This document shows positions 17,814 to 24,606 of a stretch of DNA of 32,000 bases, piece by piece. Positions within the stretch are counted from its first letter, which is position 1, and each line of letters opens with the position of its first letter. This DNA comes from Candidatus Saccharimonadota bacterium (GTDB lineage Archaea > Nanohalarchaeota > Nanosalinia > Nanosalinales > Nanosalinaceae). The position numbers and the translations under genes are program-made. The notes below the pieces were generated by a model, which saw nothing but the letters and a program-made list of their open reading frames with translations, ran no database searches and was not told the origin of the DNA. The stretch spans positions 360,001-392,000 of the forward strand of contig NZ_CP180230.1 of assembly GCF_047555085.1 (NCBI RefSeq). The letters run 5' to 3'.

Positions 17814-18085
17814 GGGTAGGCTGGGCGGTTCGGGGCCGCTTGTAACCCTGAAATCCTCGTTATGCAGTGGAGCCGAAAACCAGTGGAAGATGTTTCTTTC
17901 AATGGTTCGGCCCAGTGACGTGCTGTGGACGATCCGTCCTCCGGGATGTCGCTGGCTGTCAACCGGGTCAGGCCTTGACGGGAGCAGCCCTAAGCAGTCG
18001 GTGGCATGTTCGGAGGGTGGCGGATCCGAGGTATGTCGCTGGATTCACCGGCTGTTGAAGGGCATCGACCGCTGGGAACCCGCTA
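17814..18085 (+). ncRNA. ffs: Signal recognition particle RNA (archaeal 7S/SRP RNA)
   Basis: This is a local GC-rich island. The 5' domain 'GGGCGGTTCGGGGCCGCTTGTAACCC' and the helix-8 signature 'GGGTCAGGCC..GGGAGCAGCCCTAAGCAG' resemble conserved SRP RNA elements. The 5' GGGT...GGCGGT can pair with the 3' ACCGCT...ACCC. A TAATTTT tract follows. Ends are approximate. Confidence 0.75.
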
Positions 18086-18126
18086 ATTTTACTTTTCCAG
18101 AAAAACTTTCTAGAGGCCTCTAAATT

Positions 18127-18792
18127 TCATGAACTCTTCTTTGAAGTTGTCTGGAGGCCTCTTTTGCCGACGTTGTACAGGTACTGGATTTCTCTTTCTG
18201 TGAGGGGCCTGTTGTATATTCTTGCTTCGGTTAGCTGTCCGTTCCATGAGTCGTTGCCGCTTGTGGTTCCGTCGTTGGAGTGTCTGGATCCTATATTCAG
18301 GCTTATGGTTGAGTTGTTGAAGCTTCTGTTTCCTTCGGTTTTTTGGCTTCCGTCTATGTATATTTTTGCAGTTGAGTTATCGTAGGTAACTGTTAGATGG
18401 TGCCAGTTTCCATCGTCGTACTGTTGAGATGTTGAAAGCGTGCTGAACTGGGGGCCGTTGAAGTGTATGTATCCGTTTCCTTGAGCTCCCATGTAGATGA
18501 CCCAGCCTTCGTTGTTGTTCCAGTATTCTTTGCCGTATATTGCGCTCCATCCTGTTATTCCCGAAGTTTTGAACCATGCCGTAACAGTGAATCTTTGAGG
18601 CCTCAGATAGCTTCTGTCTGATGCATTCACGTAGTCTCCTGAACCATCGAAACTGTAAGAGTAGCCGTTAAGGATTCCTGGGGATCCGGGAGAAACATCG
18701 CCGTTCACAGTTCCATGATTTTCGTTGCCAGAATGATCATATGCAGTAGTTCCCGAGTTTTCGTTCAATGGCCAGTATCCGACAAGAGTCAA
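18127..18792 (-). CDS. Standalone LamG-domain protein, no signal peptide (paralog of 771..1430)
   Basis: 221 aa. 'GYWPLNENSGTTAYDHSGNENHGT', 'FDGSGDYV' and 'ARIYNRPLTEREIQYLYNVGKRGL' parallel the 771..1430 protein end to end. Confidence 0.8.
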   Translation of the reverse strand: MTLVGYWPLNENSGTTAYDHSGNENHGTVNGDVSPGSPGILNGYSYSFDGSGDYVNASDRSYLRPQRFTVTAWFKTSGITGWSAIYGKEYWNNNEGWVIYMGAQGNGYIHFNGPQFSTLSTSQQYDDGNWHHLTVTYDNSTAKIYIDGSQKTEGNRSFNNSTISLNIGSRHSNDGTTSGNDSWNGQLTEARIYNRPLTEREIQYLYNVGKRGLQTTSKKSS

Positions 18793-19574
18793 TTCAGTGT
18801 GTCACCTGGAGAAACTTTTGATGGCGCAGATGAGTTGTACAGGGCCTGAATCTCGGGTTCTGAAAGTTTTCTGCCGTAGATTCTTACATCGTCTATATGT
18901 CCGTTGAATGGATTTGATTGTGAGTTGCCGCCGTTCGGCACGCTTCCTATCCATGTATTGTACGCTGTGTCTATAGTATTTCCGTTTCCTGATACATCTA
19001 TTCTTCCGACTTGCTGGCCGTCGACGTAGGCCTCAAAAAATTCTCCTTCGCTGATTACAAGCATTAGATGAGTCCATACTCCGGTGGAAACTGAAGGCCC
19101 TTCTACGAAGTCGCTGCCGTGGTAGAAGTACCAGTTGCCCTGTTCGTAAGCTGTAACGGCGAAGCCGTCGCCTGCGTTGTTATCGTTGTTACTGTATACT
19201 GTGGAGTGATCATCAGATCCTGTGACAGAACCGGGCCTTGCCCATCCACAGATAGTAAGTTTTTCACCGTATGCTATTTCGCCTGCGTCAGCGTAATCAT
19301 CTGTTCCATCAAAATTAAGACAGAAATCTCCTATTTTCGAGTTAGAACTCCAGGATGCGCCATTGATCGTGCCGTCACTGGATAGAGCAGTGCTGTCAAA
19401 AACAGTGTTCCCAGAGCCTTCATCCATTGCATAGTATGCCAGGAGACCTTCCTTCAGGCTTCCGTGGAAGTATCCCTGCTGCAAACTTCCGTTACGGGAT
19501 ATTTTGTCTGCTACAGTTCCTGTGGAATCCTGCGGAATTCTGAAGTCGTCTCCATCCCAGTTCAGCTTTGGCAT
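18789..19574 (-). CDS. LamG-domain protein with ~45-aa N-terminal extension, no signal peptide
   Basis: 261 aa. 'LLAYYAMDEGSGNTVFD', 'FDGTDDYADAG' and 'VRIYGRKLSEPEIQALY' are present. Its stop overlaps the start of the downstream LamG gene by 4 nt, suggesting an operon. Confidence 0.8.
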   Translation of the reverse strand: MPKLNWDGDDFRIPQDSTGTVADKISRNGSLQQGYFHGSLKEGLLAYYAMDEGSGNTVFDSTALSSDGTINGASWSSNSKIGDFCLNFDGTDDYADAGEIAYGEKLTICGWARPGSVTGSDDHSTVYSNNDNNAGDGFAVTAYEQGNWYFYHGSDFVEGPSVSTGVWTHLMLVISEGEFFEAYVDGQQVGRIDVSGNGNTIDTAYNTWIGSVPNGGNSQSNPFNGHIDDVRIYGRKLSEPEIQALYNSSAPSKVSPGDTLN

Positions 19575-19595
19575 CTCTGTAACCTTCTTAGTATC

Positions 19596-19623
19596 GAGGC
19601 CTTAACTTATTTTTTGAGGCCTC
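19596..19623. repeat. Intergenic stem-loop from two GAGGCCT(C) copies
   Basis: GAGGCCT (19596-19602) pairs with AGGCCTC (19617-19623) across a 14-nt T-rich loop. It sits in the divergent spacer between the LamG operon and traB-like gene. Confidence 0.5.
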
Positions 19624-19665
19624 AGCAGGGTAGCGTTTTAAGATTCGGTCCGTAGTTACAGCTTG

Positions 19666-20316
19666 ATGATCAGGATTTACGGTACTTCACATGTTTCCAG
19701 AGATTCTCTAGATGTTATCGACGAGGCAATGGAGACTGATCCGGATATAGTGGCGCTGGAACTTGATGAGAATCGTTTACAGGCCCTGATGTCCGATAAA
19801 AAAAGCAATCCTGATACATTTTTCCTGAAGTTCCTGCAGACGGTGCAGAACAAGATAGGGGAAAAAACAGGCCTCATGCCTGGAAAAGAACTTCTCTACG
19901 CCCATGACAAAGCTTTCGAAAACGGATCTGATGTCGCATTAATCGACAGGAATATCAGGGAAACTTTTGCACGCCTGAAATCAGTCAGAAGGAAGGAAAA
20001 AGTCAAGGCAGCAGCCTCAATGATCCTAGGCCTGCTTGTGCCGTTCGGAGGCCTCAATATATCGGAGATACCGGAGGAAGAACAGATTGACAGGCTTGTA
20101 GAAGAGCTTCAGAAATCCTATCCGTGTATATACAGAGTTCTGATGGAGGAAAGAAATAATTTGATGGCTTTAAAGATTGCAGAGCTACAGAGGAGGAATC
20201 CTGAGGCCTCTATCGCAGTTTTTGTCGGAGCTGCACATAAAAAACCTGTTGAACATATTCTGGAGGCGGAAGGATTTGCAGTCGGTAGTCAAAGTAGCCT
20301 GGCACAGTTCGAGTGA
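19666..20316 (+). CDS. TraB/GumN family protein
   Basis: 'IYGTSHVSRDSLDVI...DIVALELDENR' is the TraB-family N-terminal signature, and 'VFVGAAHK' lies near the C-terminus. Confidence 0.75.
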   Translation: MIRIYGTSHVSRDSLDVIDEAMETDPDIVALELDENRLQALMSDKKSNPDTFFLKFLQTVQNKIGEKTGLMPGKELLYAHDKAFENGSDVALIDRNIRETFARLKSVRRKEKVKAAASMILGLLVPFGGLNISEIPEEEQIDRLVEELQKSYPCIYRVLMEERNNLMALKIAELQRRNPEASIAVFVGAAHKKPVEHILEAEGFAVGSQSSLAQFE

Positions 20317-21022
20317 CGGCTGGAAAGCAGATCTACTTCTTGCAGAGCCAGGCGGCTTCGAAAGATGGACTCTGTCGCCTGGAAGAAGCTTCAACTTTGA
20401 ATTATCTGACGAAAGGCGTTGTACAGGATATGCACCGAGTTCTGGAGAACGGACGCCGTGTCCGGAGTTCAGAAAAATTTCTTCCGGATCACAGTGCAGT
20501 GAATGCCGTGGAAAAGACATTTACAGTGACTACGTGAGGGGAGACGAGCAGACAGATCTTGACGGCGACTTTTCTGTATACCTGGCACAGATCTCTGACA
20601 ACGTGAAAGTAGGCGTCACCCGCAGTGAAAATATTCCCAAAAGATGGATCGAACAGGGCGCAGATTACGCCGTAGAGATTCTTTCAGGCCTTCAGGCCCG
20701 TGTGGCGCTTGAAAACGAGTCAAATCTTTCCAGTAAAGGCCTTGCTGAGAGGATAAGGAAGGAGGACAAGCTTCCGTCCGCAGAAGATTCTAGGCCTCTG
20801 GAAAAAGCTATGGGGCAGCACGACTTAGACGGTGATATGGTCGATGTCAATGAACTGACTGTGTACGAAGAGGCGAAAGGAGAGATTTCCAGGAAAGGCC
20901 TTTTCCAGGGAGAGCTGAAGAGTGTGAAAGGCCAGATAATCGGAAACGGAAGGATGGCACTGGCACTGACTTCCGGCAAAGTAGTCAAAAATCCGGAGCA
21001 GAGAGGCCTTAACTCGTTTTAA
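20276..21022 (+). CDS. DUF2797-like protein (Cys-cluster zinc ribbon plus 'VYLA...VKVGVTR' core)
   Basis: 'RRCTGY...PCPEF...CSECRG' is followed by 'FSVYLAQISDNVKVGVTRSENIPKRWIEQGA'. The stop is firm and the start is uncertain. The only in-frame start codons upstream of the conserved core are TTGs (20177, 20222, 20249, 20276). I chose the one with the least overlap with traB. Confidence 0.55.
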   Translation: MQSVVKVAWHSSSDGWKADLLLAEPGGFERWTLSPGRSFNFELSDERRCTGYAPSSGERTPCPEFRKISSGSQCSECRGKDIYSDYVRGDEQTDLDGDFSVYLAQISDNVKVGVTRSENIPKRWIEQGADYAVEILSGLQARVALENESNLSSKGLAERIRKEDKLPSAEDSRPLEKAMGQHDLDGDMVDVNELTVYEEAKGEISRKGLFQGELKSVKGQIIGNGRMALALTSGKVVKNPEQRGLNSF

Positions 21023-21185
21023 TCTGATTTTTCCTGGTTTTTATTCAAATGGTTTTTCTATACTGTGTTTGCCGGTTTTTTACTTGTGTTTGAACTGTTT
21101 TGGGTTGTATTTCCGGCTTTTGATCGGTGTGTTCGGCTTCCTGTGAGGCGTTGAGTTTTTATTCCTGTAACTGTATTCTTTGTTT

Positions 21186-21665
21186 ATGACTGATTTTGAG
21201 CGTGCTCTGGTAAATTCCTTTAACCAGTTTTTCAAGGAGGAGGATATCAATGGCATAGCTCACAGGAAGAAACAGCATCGTTTCTCGAGCCAGTTGTGTG
21301 ATGTATTAGTGGATTCTCAGCATGAGATGTTTTACCTGGCGATAGAGAACAAGTCTGTGAAGACTTCGAGTACGAACAAGCTGTACTTCAGCCAGCATTT
21401 CTCCAACTCCAAGGAAGGCCATCAAGTTGAACGCATCAGCGATTTCGTGGATCGTTCCGGAAGAGCAGGATTCCTGGCCGTGGAGCTGAAAAGAGGGAGA
21501 GGAAGAGCCAGAAAGGCATACATGGTGCCGTGGAATGCTGTTAGGGAGGCCTATGAAAAAGGTGAGACGGGCCTCCATATCGATGATATTCAGGAGTATC
21601 CGGAGATTTTACGGGATTCGGAGGATTACAGTGTTGCGGAGATGTGTATGGAGATGAAGATTTAG
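21186..21665 (+). CDS. PD-(D/E)xK nuclease, archaeal Holliday-junction resolvase (Hjc)-like
   Basis: 'FERAL' (Glu), 'CDVLV' (Asp) and 'LAIENKS' (E-x-K) are followed by 'ERISDFVDRSGRAGFLAVELK'. This mirrors the Hjc motif order and spacing, from my recall of Hjc sequences. Confidence 0.5.
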   Translation: MTDFERALVNSFNQFFKEEDINGIAHRKKQHRFSSQLCDVLVDSQHEMFYLAIENKSVKTSSTNKLYFSQHFSNSKEGHQVERISDFVDRSGRAGFLAVELKRGRGRARKAYMVPWNAVREAYEKGETGLHIDDIQEYPEILRDSEDYSVAEMCMEMKI

Positions 21666-21702
21666 GAAGAGTTTTTTACAGTACCCTGACAAAAAACAGT
21701 TT

Positions 21703-22323
21703 ATGGTAGAGGCCCCTGAGATAAGCGGTTTCCCTGATGCAGAAGACGGGAAGAACTTTGTCGTTGCCAGCATTGTCACAGGCCTCGCGTTCGCAGCCTT
21801 CTATCAGGACTTTACTGTTTCAGGCCTCGCATTTTTCTCACTGGCATCTGCAGCAATAGTATTTTCACGCGAAGTAGGCGTCAGATCAGCAGTAAATCTT
21901 CTGGATGGATACGTTGATCTTGAGGTTTCAAGTTCGGGAGCAACTACAACACTTTTCGGTGCAATACTATCCATAGCATCTGGTATAGGTGTAATACTGT
22001 TATTCCCGCTGTTCAGTGAGGCCTCAAGAGAACGTTACGAACAGTGGGGTAAGTCAACGGATGTTATATGGGCGCGCTACAGCTTCTACATTTCAGCGCT
22101 TGGAATAGTGGCTCTGCTTTTCTCATGGTTCATAACTTATTCTCTGGAGCTTACTCAACTGGCTCAGATGTACGGTATTTTTGCATTCTTCCAGATGATG
22201 CCTTTTGATTACTCGGGCATTCCAACAGGCCCTCTGGACGGCGCAAAAATAATCAGATGGAGTGGATTCTACTGGCTACTGTTTACAGGCCTGTCGCTAC
22301 TTGCTATAGTGCTGACACTGTAA
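21703..22323 (+). CDS. M50 (site-2 protease)-like membrane protein lacking the HExxH motif
   Basis: 206 aa and polytopic. The C-terminal 'FQMMPFDYSGIPTGPLDGAKII' resembles the M50 NxxPxxxLDG motif. The position expected for HExxH reads 'SREVGV'. Confidence 0.4.
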   Translation: MVEAPEISGFPDAEDGKNFVVASIVTGLAFAAFYQDFTVSGLAFFSLASAAIVFSREVGVRSAVNLLDGYVDLEVSSSGATTTLFGAILSIASGIGVILLFPLFSEASRERYEQWGKSTDVIWARYSFYISALGIVALLFSWFITYSLELTQLAQMYGIFAFFQMMPFDYSGIPTGPLDGAKIIRWSGFYWLLFTGLSLLAIVLTL

Positions 22324-22374
22324 AGGAGTTCTTCTGAAGCTGTGACAATAAGAAAAAGTATATGTGGTGAATTT

Positions 22375-22599
22375 TTAGCGGAGCAGGTCTTCTACAGGAT
22401 CGTCGTCGTCTCCTCGTTCATCATCTACAGGTCCGCCGATAGTTCCAGGCTCCTGATCAGGTAGCTCATCTTCAAATCCTTCTTCGTCGGCCTGGATCTC
22501 CTGTGCCTCTCTTTCGATCCTTTCACGCATATCGTCTTCGTCCAGCTCCTCGTCTTCGTCGTCGAAGTCATCCGGTTCAAATTCGTTTGGTTCTTCCAT
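22375..22599 (-). CDS. Hyper-acidic small protein (74 aa, 37 Asp/Glu)
   Basis: The ORF is divergent from the HerA-like ATPase gene. Composition was counted directly from the translation: 37 D/E and 5 R. Confidence 0.5.
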   Translation of the reverse strand: MEEPNEFEPDDFDDEDEELDEDDMRERIEREAQEIQADEEGFEDELPDQEPGTIGGPVDDERGDDDDPVEDLLR

Positions 22600-22743
22600 T
22601 TTTTAGTCGCCTCCGAGAGGGTACTGAATAAGTTTCAATCACCTGCATGTTTATAAAGGCATCGAAGCTTGTTTTTCTGTTCAGGTAGCAAACACATATT
22701 TTCTACAGTTGGATTTATTATCCGGCGTCTATCAACAGTCTTT

Positions 22744-24006
22744 ATGCCGAAGATCAGTGTGGGAAGAAGTGAGGATGACAAAGAGGAGTACGGCCTCAAA
22801 GGTACAGGAGTGATCGGTAAACACCTTGTAGGAGAGAACGAAGAGGCCCATACAGCGAATCCTATACATTTTGATCTGGCGAAGCCTCACGTCATGGGGG
22901 TCTTCGGAAAGAGAGGAACCGGAAAATCTTACTCTCTGGGAACTATCGCAGAGGAGATACAGACAGCGGATATCTCACAGAACTTATCTACTATAATGAT
23001 TGATCCCATGGGGATCTACTGGTCTATGAAGAGGCCTAACGAGAAAGATGTTACTGTACTTGATCAGTGGGATATGAAGCCGGAGGCCTTCGATGCACAG
23101 GTGTATATTCCGAAGGGGAAGGCGAAGGAGTTCGATGAACAGGAGATGCCGTACGATGATACTTTCACGTTGAATCCTGCGCAGTTGACGGCCGAGGAAT
23201 GGAGGATGGCATTCGGACTGGAGCAGAACTCCTCGATGAGTATTCTTCTGGAGAGAGCTGTACAGGAACTGAGCGAACAGTACGGCGATAACTACCGTGT
23301 TGAGCATATACTTGAGGCCCTGGAAAAATTTGATTTCGACAAGAAAACTGTCAGAGGCCTGGAGAATCGTTTCATGAATGCAGAGGACTGGGGGATCTTT
23401 GACGAGGAATCTTCGCTTGACAAGCTTACAGAGCGAGAGGAGCTGTCCATCGTCGATGTATCCGTCTTCGGCCAGATGTCTGGAGGAACAAAGGTACAGG
23501 CCCTGATTGTCGGCATACTTGGGAAAAGAATACTTAGAAGGAGGATGGCTGCTCGAAGATTGGAGGAGCTGGATGAGATGCAGGGTCTTGATCAGAACGA
23601 AATGCCCATAGTGTGGATGCTAATCGATGAGGCTCACGAGTTCCTCCCCAGTGACGGAGAGACACCTGCTTCTGCTCCGCTTCTACGATGGGTGAAGATC
23701 GGTAGAGAGCCGGGGGTATCGCTTGTGCTGTGTACCCAGCAGCCGGCAAAACTTCATCCGAATGCTCTTTCCCAGTGCGATGTACTTCTATCGCATCGCT
23801 TGACCGCACAGCAGGATATCGATTCTCTGGGAGAGATCATGCAGACGTACATGCGTTATGATCTGAAACATTACATTGAGGCCTTGCCGGACAGGAAAGG
23901 AACAGGCCTTATACTGGACGATAACTCGGAAAGGATCTATCCGATTCAGATGAGGCCTCGAAAGTCGTGGCACGCCGGAGGAACGCCTGACGCATTCGAT
24001 GAATGA
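22744..24006 (+). CDS. HerA/FtsK-superfamily ATPase (DUF87-like), without a HAS-barrel-sized N-terminal region
   Basis: 'GVFGKRGTGKSYSLG' is Walker A and 'VWMLIDEAHEFLP' is the HerA-type Walker B. The start was moved to 'MPKISVGR' at 22744. Only about 55 aa precede Walker A. Confidence 0.75.
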   Translation: MPKISVGRSEDDKEEYGLKGTGVIGKHLVGENEEAHTANPIHFDLAKPHVMGVFGKRGTGKSYSLGTIAEEIQTADISQNLSTIMIDPMGIYWSMKRPNEKDVTVLDQWDMKPEAFDAQVYIPKGKAKEFDEQEMPYDDTFTLNPAQLTAEEWRMAFGLEQNSSMSILLERAVQELSEQYGDNYRVEHILEALEKFDFDKKTVRGLENRFMNAEDWGIFDEESSLDKLTEREELSIVDVSVFGQMSGGTKVQALIVGILGKRILRRRMAARRLEELDEMQGLDQNEMPIVWMLIDEAHEFLPSDGETPASAPLLRWVKIGREPGVSLVLCTQQPAKLHPNALSQCDVLLSHRLTAQQDIDSLGEIMQTYMRYDLKHYIEALPDRKGTGLILDDNSERIYPIQMRPRKSWHAGGTPDAFDE

Positions 24007-24533
24007 TATCTATGAATATAGCCAGCTTCATCAATCCGGAGATAGTAGAGCGCGTACTGGTTTTTATAAAAACTCCTGTACAGAACACAGAGATTCTTCC
24101 GAACGTTCTTCCACTGATACTTGGACTTATCGTCATGGAGCTTTACTTCGGAAAGCACAAGAAAGAATCGCTTGGATGGAACACAGCTGAAGGGAACGCG
24201 ATAATCTGGCTTTCGACAGGCCTCTCGCTTTACTTTACACCGGCTCTTGGACAGATGGAGACTTATGCCGTCTACGCATTGATAGGAATAGGATTTTTCG
24301 TCGCCTACATGGACTTCTTCCATAAATGGCCTTCCACAGTAGCATTCGTCATCTCATCTTCCGCACTCGTTTACACACTGGCATATACACTTGTTATAGT
24401 GATAAAAGCTCCTTTACCGATGAATATGGTGACTTATCAGGCTGCCGGAATATTCTTTGTAGGAGTCAACATACTGTTCAAATTTATACAGGGCCTTGAG
24501 ACAGACAGTGATCCGTTTGGAACAGATTTCTGA
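24003..24533 (+). CDS. Polytopic membrane protein (~4-5 TM), translationally coupled to the HerA-like ATPase
   Basis: The ATG at 24003 overlaps the ATPase TGA (ATGA). 176 aa with several long hydrophobic helices and an acidic C-terminal tail. Confidence 0.6.
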   Translation: MISMNIASFINPEIVERVLVFIKTPVQNTEILPNVLPLILGLIVMELYFGKHKKESLGWNTAEGNAIIWLSTGLSLYFTPALGQMETYAVYALIGIGFFVAYMDFFHKWPSTVAFVISSSALVYTLAYTLVIVIKAPLPMNMVTYQAAGIFFVGVNILFKFIQGLETDSDPFGTDF

Positions 24534-24606
24534 CAGGCCTCAGAATTTTTCTCCTTTCTTTGAAGTGATGAGGCTTATGAATTTTCACTTCTAACAACGT
24601 TTTTAG

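Noticed and set aside
17753-18123. Three ORFs in the track (17812..18123 +, 17867..18058 +, 17753..17962 -) covering the GC-rich island
   Set aside because: The region matches SRP RNA signatures. The translations are Gly/Arg/Cys/Ser-rich and unlike the acidic proteome, which fits chance ORFs in a structured GC-rich RNA gene.
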